Source: a virus
Taxonomy: Duplodnaviria > Caudoviricetes
Length of the DNA stretch: 30,763 bases
Virus record (IMG/VR): IMGVR_UViG_3300043253_000059
Coordinates: 1-30,763 of that record
Direction: 5' to 3' (one strand)
Shown here: positions 23,184 through 30,763 of the stretch, in pieces
How positions within the stretch are numbered: the stretch's first letter is position 1
Layout of the letters: every line of letters starts with the position of its first letter
The notes under the pieces: model-generated
What the model was told of the DNA's origin: nothing
Databases searched by the model: none
The model's input: the letters and a program-made list of their open reading frames with translations, nothing else
Translations under genes and position numbers: made by a program

Positions 23184-23708
23184 TCACGGATGCGCCGCCT
23201 CGGCTTCGGTCTCGCGCTTGACGAGCAAAACCGAGAACCCTCCCCGGCCGAAAAGATAATTGAGCGCGCGCCGCCAGTTAAGGGAACGCAGTTCATCCGC
23301 TCCCGAGTAGGCGATGCCTTGATCCGCCAGAGCCGCGCGGATGACGTGAAGGACAACCGATTTGCCGGCACCTTCGGGCCCGCTTACCTCGACGGTTACT
23401 GGGTGCAGCTGGCGTGCGGCCGGCGGCGGGGCGCGATCTACGTCTGACCCCTCCCCGCCGGCCTTCTCCTCGCTCGGTGTATCCCAGGATGCGGCGACTA
23501 ACTCAACCACGTCCCCGTATAGTTGGGTGGCAATGCCCAGCGCGTCCTCTGCGCGCGTCGGCGCCATCGGGCACGGTATCGGCTCGGGCAGCTGTGGCGC
23601 CGCGGATTCGCCGTTGCGCCAGCGCTCCAAGGCTTCGGCGCGCCGGTTGAACTCGGGCGCAGCCATATTGGCTTTGGCACGGAAGCGAGTCTTGAAGAAG
23701 GCCGTCAT
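23184..23708 (-). CDS. Hypothetical protein with short P-loop-like segment
   Basis: VEVSGPEGAGKS; ATGA coupling. Confidence 0.5.
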   Translation of the reverse strand: MTAFFKTRFRAKANMAAPEFNRRAEALERWRNGESAAPQLPEPIPCPMAPTRAEDALGIATQLYGDVVELVAASWDTPSEEKAGGEGSDVDRAPPPAARQLHPVTVEVSGPEGAGKSVVLHVIRAALADQGIAYSGADELRSLNWRRALNYLFGRGGFSVLLVKRETEAEAAHP

Positions 23709-24115
23709 GCGACAGCCTCAAGATCGGCTGCCTCGATCCTCGGCGGGAGCGCCGGGAGGGCGAGCTCGACCCTGCCGTCATCGGCCTTCCATTGCCGGCG
23801 CATGCCGTGCGACAGCGGCCACAGGCTCTCGGCGGCGCCGGGAAACTCTTTGATATGCTCTTCGATATCTTCGAGGACATGATCGAAGACCCAGCCCCCG
23901 CAGTTGAGCACGAGCCATTCCGTCGCGACCGTGCAGTGCCGGCAGGTGAAATGCGTCAGCGGGTCACCGTCGTAGACCATGAAAATGCGGCGATACCGCT
24001 CACCCGGCTCGATCGCGCGACGACACTCGCTACAGCTGTAGGGCTTGCGCGCGATCGGGTTTACTTCGGACCTAACCGTTGGGCCGTCACCGTCATAGTC
24101 GCCGCCCATGCACAT
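23705..24115 (-). CDS. Conserved phage Zn-finger protein
   Basis: ARK.Y.CSEC...IEPGERY....TC.HC; GGAGG RBS; TGATG coupling. Confidence 0.7.
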   Translation of the reverse strand: MCMGGDYDGDGPTVRSEVNPIARKPYSCSECRRAIEPGERYRRIFMVYDGDPLTHFTCRHCTVATEWLVLNCGGWVFDHVLEDIEEHIKEFPGAAESLWPLSHGMRRQWKADDGRVELALPALPPRIEAADLEAVA

Positions 24116-24291
24116 CACGCAGCCTCCGGGCTCTGGAAGAACCCGCGCGCGTGAAGAAAGGCGCGCCCGTCATCGTCGAGCGGCTCCAACGCGAGGCACT
24201 GGGCGACCCAGCTTTCGTCGCCGGCGAGCGCGCGCAGCGCGTCGTAGAGCTGTTCGCCCGTGGGGCGCTGGCGCTGGGTGGTGCGGTCCAC
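24115..24291 (-). CDS. Small hypothetical protein (58 aa), not in the ORF track
   Basis: AAGGGG RBS, GTG start, MDRTTQRQRP... Confidence 0.5.
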   Translation of the reverse strand: MDRTTQRQRPTGEQLYDALRALAGDESWVAQCLALEPLDDDGRAFLHARGFFQSPEAA

Positions 24292-24369
24292 GGTTTCCCC
24301 CTTCTCTTCAGCCCAATAACCGGGTGCCTCTTTGCGCCATCGCCTCGGGGGAGGAGGCGATTCGCCCGA

Positions 24370-24606
24370 CTACGCCACCCAACTCCCGCGATTGCGGGGA
24401 TCGTGCCGCTCCTCAAAGATCTCGTCCGGAGCATCGATGCCGCGCTCTTTCGCGAGCGCCTTAACCTTGCGCATGAGCCGTGGCGGCAGGCATCCTGCCC
24501 GGCGCCATTGGTAGACGGCGCCGACCGTCACTCCGGTCAATTCGGCGAACGGCTTGGTGCCGCCGAACGCGTCGATCAGTTCGTTGGTTTGCGCTATCAA
24601 GCCCAT
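24370..24606 (-). CDS. Cro/YdaS-like HTH repressor
   Basis: LIDAFGG....A.L.GV...AV.QWRR.G..P; GAGGAGG RBS; first gene of the leftward operon. Confidence 0.8.
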   Translation of the reverse strand: MGLIAQTNELIDAFGGTKPFAELTGVTVGAVYQWRRAGCLPPRLMRKVKALAKERGIDAPDEIFEERHDPRNRGSWVA

Positions 24607-24715
24607 AGGCCGCTTTTCCTCCTCTCGATCGCATTTGTCAATTGCCTTTTAAGTGTGAGGTCACCTATTCTCATTTTGATGATGATCCCTCCCTCCCCAC
24701 GGAAAGGCATCCCCC
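24607..24715. promoter_or_regulatory. Divergent AT-rich promoter region
   Basis: Plus strand TTGCCT-18 nt-TATTCT (24642-24671); minus strand TTGACA at 24641-24636 without a clear -10. Confidence 0.45.
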
Positions 24716-24967
24716 ATGCCCCAGTTACTGCAAGGCGCACCGCTCCCCGGTATGCAGCTCGGTTCCCGCTTTGGCCGGCGCCAGGCCTTCGATTTGCGCC
24801 AGCGGGTGACGATCAGCGGCACTCTCGTCCATTCGACCGACAAGAGCTATCTCATAGCGGGAACCAAGGCGCGGGCCTTTGTGCCGCGCGGGTTGGTCAG
24901 CCACAGCAAGGAAAACGGCACCTTCACGATGCCGGCTTGGCTCGCCCGGCATCGGGGGTTTGTCTGA
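24716..24967 (+). CDS. Small conserved phage protein (TDK..LI...VP...TMP.WLA...G type)
   Basis: AAAGG RBS; motif shared with 9442..9675. Confidence 0.65.
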   Translation: MPQLLQGAPLPGMQLGSRFGRRQAFDLRQRVTISGTLVHSTDKSYLIAGTKARAFVPRGLVSHSKENGTFTMPAWLARHRGFV

Positions 24968-25419
24968 TGCCCGGCTGGGTGAAGCTCGGCAATATCGCCG
25001 TGGTACGCCAGCCCTACCCGCTCCCCAAACGCCGGAAGCGCGAGAAGCTCGGCGTCCAGAAGGCGCCGCAGCGGATCTGGCCGAGGCATCGCCGGTGGGT
25101 GAAGAGCCATGAATGCTGCGTCGCCGGCTGCCGGGCCCTCGAGGTTGATTTCGCGCATATCAGGACGGCAGCGACAGCCGGGATGGCGCTCAAGAGCCAC
25201 GACAGTTTCGGCGTACCCCTCTGCCGGTTGCATCATGACGAGCAGCACCGCTGCGGTCAGGGGACGTTCGAGGACCGCCACGGGATAGACCTCGACCAGA
25301 TCGCGGCCGAACTGGTCCGCACCTCACCCGACCACAAGATGCGCCTGATGCTGATGCTGGAGGCGAGCGCAGCCTCGGAGACGATTGCGAACCCGGTTGT
25401 GGGGAAAGGCTTCATCTGA
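24967..25419 (+). CDS. DUF968-like HNH-fold putative nuclease
   Basis: H..WV....CCV.GC......AH.R.....GM..K..D...VPLC..HH.EQH..G...FE; TGATG coupling. Confidence 0.78.
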   Translation: MPGWVKLGNIAVVRQPYPLPKRRKREKLGVQKAPQRIWPRHRRWVKSHECCVAGCRALEVDFAHIRTAATAGMALKSHDSFGVPLCRLHHDEQHRCGQGTFEDRHGIDLDQIAAELVRTSPDHKMRLMLMLEASAASETIANPVVGKGFI

Positions 25420-25936
25420 TGAAGACCGCCCTGAGTGCGATTTTGCTGATCGGGATGACCGCGGGCGCCTGGATCCACGCCTTCTTCCAGGCGCCGCCTC
25501 CGCCGCAGAGGTTTCCCGAGTTGGAGTTCTTCAAGGCGGGCGAGATCGTGCCGGTCTACATCGCCGCGGCCTCTGGCGCAGTCCTGCGGTTCACCACCGA
25601 CACCGTGGGGTGGCACGACAGGGATATGTGGGAGGTCAGGCCGGTCAAGGCGCGCAATGACGATATCGGCGACGGCGACTATACCATCGCCGGCCTCTTT
25701 CGCGCCGAACGCCTCAGCGACGCCGATTGGGTGATCGAGGATGGGCGCATGAATATGTTTGTCGGCTGCCCCGCCGACATGCGCCAGCGCGCCGATAAAG
25801 ACGATCACTGCGATGACCGCGCCTCAGCCTTTCACGATCTCGTTCCGCATCACCGCTGGTGGATGCACGGAGAGGGCGGCGAGTGATGGACCATTTTTGG
25901 CTCGAGCTTGAGAAAGGTTTCATCTGATGAAGACCG
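25404..25936. repeat. 25-bp direct repeat (1 mismatch) at gene junctions
   Basis: GAAAGG(C/T)TTCATCTGATGAAGACCG at 25404-25428 and 25912-25936. Confidence 0.85.
25419..25886 (+). CDS. Hypothetical exported or membrane-anchored protein
   Basis: N-terminal signal/TM segment; TGATG coupling. Confidence 0.65.
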   Translation: MKTALSAILLIGMTAGAWIHAFFQAPPPPQRFPELEFFKAGEIVPVYIAAASGAVLRFTTDTVGWHDRDMWEVRPVKARNDDIGDGDYTIAGLFRAERLSDADWVIEDGRMNMFVGCPADMRQRADKDDHCDDRASAFHDLVPHHRWWMHGEGGE

Positions 25937-26040
25937 TTCTCATCATCGGCAGCCTCGCCATCGCCAGTTGGCTTCTGGTCGGCGCGATCTTCTTTGTCGT
26001 CTTCACCCTCGCCAGTGCGATTTTTGGAGGAGCGGCATGA
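25927..26040 (+). CDS. Hydrophobic peptide (37 aa), not in the ORF track
   Basis: MKTVLIIGSLAIASWLLVGAIFFVVFTLASAIFGGAA; coupled on both sides. Confidence 0.5.
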   Translation: MKTVLIIGSLAIASWLLVGAIFFVVFTLASAIFGGAA

Positions 26041-26396
26041 CCAAGATCACCGAGAAGGAGTGGAACGTCGACGGTGATGACCGACCGGGCATGGCGTGGA
26101 ACCGGCACATCGTCCTCGCCGAAAACGCCGACATGCGCATCTGCTTCATGGCGCACGGCAGCGGCGTCAGCGATGACGAATTTGCCGAAGCGGCCCTGCT
26201 GATCGCTGGCGCACCGGCTCTCTTGCGTGCCGCACTGTTGCTCGAAGCGGCCGAGGAGGTACACGCCAATTGTCCGGAATGCGACGGTGAAGGCGTACCG
26301 GAACTTTGTCCCGCGTGTTTCCCGCTTTTTGACGATGCCCGGATTGCCCGGCGCGCGGCGCTGGAGAAAGCCGCCAATGGCGCGGTGATCGGATGA
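26037..26396 (+). CDS. Hypothetical phage protein with C-terminal CxxC pairs
   Basis: GGAGGAG RBS; A.LIA.AP.LL motif; CPEC...CPAC. Confidence 0.65.
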   Translation: MTKITEKEWNVDGDDRPGMAWNRHIVLAENADMRICFMAHGSGVSDDEFAEAALLIAGAPALLRAALLLEAAEEVHANCPECDGEGVPELCPACFPLFDDARIARRAALEKAANGAVIG

Positions 26397-26584
26397 ACGA
26401 CAACACCCCAGCCGATCCCCTCATCGAAACCCGCATCAAGGGCGGGCTCCAGCATGGCGGTTTTGGCGTCGACTACCTGGACGGCGCCAATCTGGTAGAG
26501 CTGCACGGCGCCTACAGTATCGCTGAACTGGAAGCCGTTGCCCGGTATATGCGCGAGAAGGGAGCCCGACCCGATGGCGAATAG
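26393..26584 (+). CDS. Hypothetical protein
   Basis: ATGA coupling. Confidence 0.55.
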   Translation: MNDNTPADPLIETRIKGGLQHGGFGVDYLDGANLVELHGAYSIAELEAVARYMREKGARPDGE

Positions 26585-26863
26585 CGAACTCATCTCGCCG
26601 CCTGATCGGATTTCCGCCGGGTACGAGGATCGCCCCGGGCGCTTGCCGCAGACGATCGTCGCGGAGGTGTCAAAGAACTGGCCGGGCGACCCCGAGGACT
26701 TGCTGTCGATGCGCTTCGAGGAGGTGATCGAGGTCAATCGGGAGCGCGGATACCAGCTCCAGTCATGGCACCTCAGCCGCGTCTACGTCGAAGAGGCCCT
26801 CAACGAGACGATCATCGCCGTCTTCGTGTGGGAAAAGGTAGCTGAGCCCGATGGCGAATAGCG
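26570..26863. repeat. 17-bp direct repeat at gene junctions
   Basis: CCCGATGGCGAATAGCG at 26570-26586 and 26847-26863. Confidence 0.8.
26574..26861 (+). CDS. Hypothetical protein
   Basis: GGGAG RBS; MANSELIS...IVAEVSKNW...ETIIAVF. Confidence 0.6.
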   Translation: MANSELISPPDRISAGYEDRPGRLPQTIVAEVSKNWPGDPEDLLSMRFEEVIEVNRERGYQLQSWHLSRVYVEEALNETIIAVFVWEKVAEPDGE

Positions 26864-27219
26864 CTTTCGACCCGTGCACCGAATGCGGCGCAAAATGGTA
26901 TGGACCTCACGCGCCGAGATGCTCGATCGCGGCCGAGAAGTTTCTTAAGACCTTAGCCCAAGATGGCCGGGCAGTGGCGGCCGATAATCCGCGCTGCCCA
27001 AGCTGCGGTGCCGTCGAGGAGCGTTGGACCGAGACGGTGCCGCGCCATTCGGGCGATGGCGATAGCTGGTCGATCTCGTGCGGCGATTGCGGGCGCGACT
27101 ACGAGGTCGAATTCCTTGTCAGCTACAGCTTTCGCGTGCGCGCGACCAAGCCAGAGCCCATCCCAGCGCCGGGGGTATCCGGCGCACATGACCAACCCCC
27201 AGGGGAGACAAAGCCATGA
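26851..27219 (+). CDS. Zn-ribbon hypothetical protein
   Basis: CTEC, CPSC, CGDC. Confidence 0.6.
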   Translation: MANSAFDPCTECGAKWYGPHAPRCSIAAEKFLKTLAQDGRAVAADNPRCPSCGAVEERWTETVPRHSGDGDSWSISCGDCGRDYEVEFLVSYSFRVRATKPEPIPAPGVSGAHDQPPGETKP

Positions 27220-27506
27220 CGAGAGACGAACTAGCAAAGCAACTGGCGGACGCGGGCCTTCTGCCATTGTCGCGCGCCGATACAATCATTCGCGCGATCG
27301 AGCACCGGATTTCCGAGGCATTGGCGCGGGGCGAGAGCGTCGAATTCTACGGGTTCGGCCGCTTTTCGGCGGTGACGACCTTGCCGCGCACGGGAACCAA
27401 TCCGCGCTCTGGCGAACCGATCCAAATCGGCCAGAAGAAGCGCGTCACCTTTAAGCCCGGCTCGGTCTTGAAGCGCGCGGTCGACCCAACACGCCAAGCC
27501 GCCTGA
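27216..27506 (+). CDS. HU/IHF-family DNA-binding protein
   Basis: MT..EL...LA, I.EAL..GE.V...GFG.F......R.G.NP.SGE.I.I......FKPG..LK..V. Confidence 0.9.
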   Translation: MTRDELAKQLADAGLLPLSRADTIIRAIEHRISEALARGESVEFYGFGRFSAVTTLPRTGTNPRSGEPIQIGQKKRVTFKPGSVLKRAVDPTRQAA

Positions 27507-27644
27507 ACCCCGCACGGCAGGAGGCTTGATCGTGGCCGGCCGCACTTTTGCCCTTGACGGGTAGCGGGCCGGCCGATGGCCGGCCTGAGTGCGATCCCTG
27601 AAACAGCGCGGAATTCCTAGCTTCTGCGCTAGTTAGGAGGTTAA

Positions 27645-27836
27645 ATGGTTTCCGACTTTGTTTTGGTATCGTCGGCCGTGTTGGCACTGGCACCTGAAAA
27701 CCCGATGACCGCGCTCGCAAGCGCGTGGGCATCGCGCCATTACGGGATAGACGTTCCTTCCGTTGCAAGCTGGAGCCGCGTGCTGCAATTCTGGTTTCTG
27801 GTAATTGCAACTGGCTTCATCGAAAAACTACTTTAA
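27645..27836 (+). CDS. Small hydrophobic hypothetical protein
   Basis: AGGAGG RBS just upstream of the ATG. Confidence 0.45.
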   Translation: MVSDFVLVSSAVLALAPENPMTALASAWASRHYGIDVPSVASWSRVLQFWFLVIATGFIEKLL

Positions 27837-27876
27837 CCCGGCCGGCGCCCGGCCGGCCGTTCACCGGAGGAAGGAC

Positions 27877-28371
27877 ATGACCAGGCTACCGCTCGCGCTT
27901 TTGTTCGTCTTTGCGCTTGGCGCGGGAGCGCAGGCCCAGCAATGCAAGCTCGGGCCGATACCGGATCAGAGTGCGGGATGTACGCCGGGGCTCGCGGCCT
28001 CAACCAATGAGGCGGATGTCTGCTCGCATGCCGGGGGAACCTACAGCCAGCGCCATCGACTGACGCAGAACCCCGAGACGAAGCTCGAGGTCATGACCCG
28101 CTACGGGGTGCCCTTTGCGCAAGCCGGGAAGTTCGAGGACGACCACGACCTGCCGCTTTGCCTCGGAGGGTCCGATTCGGTCGCGAACCGCTGGCCGCAA
28201 TCGCGCACGGGAGATTGGACCGCGGCGGAAAAAGACCAGCTCGAAGCCTTTGCCTGCCGCGAGGTCTGCGCCGGTCATGTGCCGCTGGCAACCGCGCAGG
28301 GCTGGTTTCTTGCCCCCGCCGATTGGCGCCAGGCATACCGTGCTATGGCAGCGGGGACGCTGGTACCCTGA
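27877..28371 (+). CDS. Secreted HNH-like endonuclease family protein
   Basis: Signal peptide (AQA); PD....TPG, E.DH..PL.LGG....N.WPQ, KD.LE....VC.G...L..AQ; AGGAAGGA RBS. Confidence 0.75.
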   Translation: MTRLPLALLFVFALGAGAQAQQCKLGPIPDQSAGCTPGLAASTNEADVCSHAGGTYSQRHRLTQNPETKLEVMTRYGVPFAQAGKFEDDHDLPLCLGGSDSVANRWPQSRTGDWTAAEKDQLEAFACREVCAGHVPLATAQGWFLAPADWRQAYRAMAAGTLVP

Positions 28372-28486
28372 TCTCGTGATTGAGCGGTCCGCGCTCGCTG
28401 CCTTCCGGCACGAACGGGCCGAGCGAAGGCGCGCAGCCGCACAGCCCCAACAGCAAGAACGCCAAGAAGAAGGCGAGCGCCCGCAT
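28343..28486 (-). CDS. Small Pro-rich lipoprotein (47 aa), possible o-spanin; not in the ORF track
   Basis: MRALAFFLAFLLLGLCGC lipobox-like; ATG just after the lipase stop. Confidence 0.45.
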   Translation of the reverse strand: MRALAFFLAFLLLGLCGCAPSLGPFVPEGSERGPLNHEIRVPASPLP

Positions 28487-28487
28487 T

Positions 28488-29156
28488 TTACCCCAGCGCT
28501 CGCGCGCCCTTCTGGTAGAGCGCGATCGAGTGCCATTCGGCGTCGGGACTGATCTTCGAGAGGATCGTCGGCGGCGCGTTCGGATCGGGCGCCTCGTTGA
28601 TCGCGGTGAAGGGCACGAGGTCGCGCCATTCGAGCCAGGGCGCGAACGGTTCGGGCACCTCCGGCACCGGGTCCGGACCGTTGCGCAGGCTCGTCACCGG
28701 GACGCCCGAGGATTTGACCAGCGTCACCAAGTGGATCATGCCGGGTTTGGGGCAGCCGCAGAGGGCCACTTGAGCGACGGGCAGATCATCGAGGATCGCC
28801 ATCGCCGCAAGCTCCGCGGCGTGCGCGCCGCCGAGGCTGTGTCCGCTATAGGCCAATTTTGCCAAGGGGCGCAGCGCCTGGCAGATGGCCTCGTGCGCGG
28901 GGACGAGGCCGATTCCGAAGCCGTAGGGGACGAGACCGAGCGAGGGATAGCCGGGAACCGCGCGCGAGCCCTCCGATATCCCGTCGATCCACCAATCCCT
29001 CAGATCGTCCGACCCGCGACAGTCGACGATATCGAAATCGCCCACCTGGCGGATCGCCCAGGCGATGCCGGCGGTTTGCTGCTGGACCGCGAAATGCCCC
29101 ACGGGCGGTGCGTAATGCGCCGCCATCGTGTCGACCAGCTCAGGGAGCGGGATCAC
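28488..29156 (-). CDS. Class 3 lipase (alpha/beta hydrolase)
   Basis: RGS...DW..D, GHSLGG nucleophile elbow, G.PK.G, N..DPVP.VP, HS...Y; GTGA-coupled start. Confidence 0.85.
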   Translation of the reverse strand: MIPLPELVDTMAAHYAPPVGHFAVQQQTAGIAWAIRQVGDFDIVDCRGSDDLRDWWIDGISEGSRAVPGYPSLGLVPYGFGIGLVPAHEAICQALRPLAKLAYSGHSLGGAHAAELAAMAILDDLPVAQVALCGCPKPGMIHLVTLVKSSGVPVTSLRNGPDPVPEVPEPFAPWLEWRDLVPFTAINEAPDPNAPPTILSKISPDAEWHSIALYQKGARALG

Positions 29157-29407
29157 TTGATTTTCGACCAGGGGTCGGAGCCATCGGCGCTCCACGTCTG
29201 TCCGTTGTGCTGAGTCGCGCCGCGTTCACAGTGCGCGCCTTGCGAGGCGTACCAGCCGTTACCCCCGAGGCTCCAGGGTTGAGCGGCTTGATCTATCTCA
29301 CGAACGCGATCCCAGCATTCGGCCAGCGAAGGAAATTGCTCGTAGTGAGAGCTTTCCCCGCAGCCGAAGCCGCAAACCCATGCGACCAAAACGAATGTTT
29401 TGATCAC
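29153..29407 (-). CDS. Small exported Cys-containing protein
   Basis: GTGA coupling; hydrophobic N-terminus; F.SLAEC motif. Confidence 0.55.
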   Translation of the reverse strand: MIKTFVLVAWVCGFGCGESSHYEQFPSLAECWDRVREIDQAAQPWSLGGNGWYASQGAHCERGATQHNGQTWSADGSDPWSKIK

Positions 29408-29559
29408 GGCGCCCTCGCGTGCTTGATGCCGCGGGCGTTGAAGCCGTGCAGCGCCTTGGCGAGCCCGACAACGGCGCCGAAGACCGCCGCGCAGAAGATC
29501 GCGCCGATGACGACGAAGGTCAGCAGCCATCGCGCCGCATCGGCGAGGAGCGGGATCAT
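29404..29559 (-). CDS. Small TM protein (51 aa)
   Basis: TGATG coupling; WLLTFVVIGAIFCAAVFGAVVGL. Confidence 0.5.
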   Translation of the reverse strand: MIPLLADAARWLLTFVVIGAIFCAAVFGAVVGLAKALHGFNARGIKHARAP

Positions 29560-30125
29560 CAGCCGCGATCGGCGCGTGCTGAGGGGCTGCTGTGGGTGTT
29601 CTCGGCTCCGACCAGGGCGAGCGGTGCCACTGCGGGTGCGATCCCCTGCAGGCCGCCGAGCGCTGTGCCGATGATCAGCGCCGGGTTCGATGCGGCCGTG
29701 ATCGACGAATTGACCGTACGCGCTTTGATGAAGCACTGCGATCCAAGGACATCGACGACGTTGTTGAACTGATCGGAGTCCGGGATCATCACCGACATGA
29801 CTTCGGCGGCGGGAATGCCCCCGAGTTGCTGGCCCTGAAGGACCGCTTGGGTCTTCTGCAGCTCTTGCACGACCGTGATGCCGCCGCCGGCGCATTGCGC
29901 GCCGCCCGTATCCGGCGGGGTGAACGAGAGCGCGACGTTCTGCGTCAAGGTGAGCTGCTGCACTCCGGTGTTGAGCAGCTGGTCGACGTAGTTCTCGATC
30001 GCGAGGCTGTCCGCCTGGCTGAGGGTCAGCGGCGGCGACGGCAGGGTTGTGGGCGTCGTGCCCGGCCCGGTCGGTGCGCACGCGGCCATGAGGAGAAGCG
30101 CCGCGACCGCAAGGATGCGTTTCAT
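29559..30125 (-). CDS. Lipoprotein with hydrophobic C-terminal segment
   Basis: MKRILAVAALLLMAAC lipobox; AAAGGA RBS. Confidence 0.75.
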   Translation of the reverse strand: MKRILAVAALLLMAACAPTGPGTTPTTLPSPPLTLSQADSLAIENYVDQLLNTGVQQLTLTQNVALSFTPPDTGGAQCAGGGITVVQELQKTQAVLQGQQLGGIPAAEVMSVMIPDSDQFNNVVDVLGSQCFIKARTVNSSITAASNPALIIGTALGGLQGIAPAVAPLALVGAENTHSSPSARADRG

Positions 30126-30143
30126 GGGTTCAGTCCTTTCGGT

Positions 30144-30395
30144 TTAGCGGCTCGAAAAAGCCGCAAGATGTTGTTGAGCTTCGGCGATCGACTTGCCGTA
30201 ATCGGCATCAGCCGCAGCGCGAGCCGCCTCGAGGCGGGTAACCTGATCGCGCCAGCGAGAGGCTTCGCAATTAGTCATCGCGGCGGGTGTCGGCTCACCG
30301 CCGCACGCGCCATTCATAACGTAGCTGTAATCTGTTCTTCCGCCGCCACAGCCCGAAAGCGCCAGCAAGAATCCCATTGCGAGAATGCGTTTCAT
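30144..30395 (-). CDS. Small lipoprotein with helical C-terminus
   Basis: MKRILAMGFLLALSGC lipobox; AAAGGA RBS. Confidence 0.7.
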   Translation of the reverse strand: MKRILAMGFLLALSGCGGGRTDYSYVMNGACGGEPTPAAMTNCEASRWRDQVTRLEAARAAADADYGKSIAEAQQHLAAFSSR

Positions 30396-30447
30396 GACCG
30401 ATCCTTTCGGGTTGAGGTGCGTCAGGCAAACGGTGGATCATCGATGT

Positions 30448-30750
30448 TCAGGGTTTGGTGACGGGCGCGCTTGTCGCGAGCGCGGCGGAAGAGGCGGCGA
30501 TCGTGTCGTCTTTCTTCGCGCTGCCCATCGAAGATCCGAAGAAAAAGCCCATGGCGCCGGCGGCGAGGTTCAGGAGGCCGGTCGCCAGCACGGGCTTCAA
30601 TGTCGCGTCTCCGGTAAGAAAGGCGACTCCGGTCACGAAATCGAGCGAGAGCACGAGGACCAGACCGAGCCCCGGCAGCACCCACCACGGCATCCCCTGT
30701 CGCAGGTTGTCGTTGGCGGGGGCCGCTGCCGGCGGCTGGGTCTGCGGCAC
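30448..30750 (-). CDS. Putative holin (2 TM)
   Basis: Two TMs followed by FFFGSS.GS.KKD motif; start close to the window edge. Confidence 0.65.
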   Translation of the reverse strand: MPQTQPPAAAPANDNLRQGMPWWVLPGLGLVLVLSLDFVTGVAFLTGDATLKPVLATGLLNLAAGAMGFFFGSSMGSAKKDDTIAASSAALATSAPVTKP

Positions 30751-30763
30751 AGCCGGGCGCGGC

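Noticed and set aside
23184-23708. Functional ATPase or kinase call from GPEGAGKS
   Set aside because: Too little sequence after the P-loop for a confident full NTPase domain
24079-24966. N-terminal extension of the 446-aa plus-strand ORF
   Set aside because: Runs antisense over the Cro-like gene and through the promoter region; coupled ATG at 24967 fits better
27616-27640. RBS-sequestering stem before a hydrophobic 63-aa ORF (type I toxin idea)
   Set aside because: Only a 7-bp stem and no antisense promoter or terminator visible
1-30763. Diversity-generating retroelement (expected for some BPP-1 relatives), tRNAs, integrase, transposase
   Set aside because: No reverse transcriptase motifs, TR/VR pair, cloverleaf, or recombinase/transposase motifs seen in this window

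Overview
This window is part of a GC-rich tailed phage or prophage genome, most likely a BPP-1/Bcep-like podovirus infecting an alphaproteobacterium (it carries GapR/DUF2312, a GcrA-like HTH and HU). The left part (minus strand) is the head and packaging module: Bbp16-like cement protein, major capsid, scaffold, portal and terminase. An antisense HNH endonuclease sits between the cement and capsid genes. The large terminase is unusual: a catalytically degenerate ATPase is fused to an intact P22-type ATPase, and the nuclease is a separate gene. The middle holds accessory genes, DUF5131, a probable small terminase and a replication-initiator-like gene containing iterons and DnaA-box-like sites. 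A rightward island (16.47-18.76 kb) has a sigma70 promoter with a palindrome in its spacer, small ORFs, DUF932 and a terminal XRE HTH. Its intergenic regions contain four stem-loops with different stems but the same CUGCAA loop, which is the best candidate here for an undescribed regulatory system. A Cro-headed leftward early operon and a divergent rightward operon ending in HU follow. The right end is a lysis-like region with a holin, lipoproteins and a class-3 lipase. All family assignments come from recognising motifs by eye; no database searches were run.
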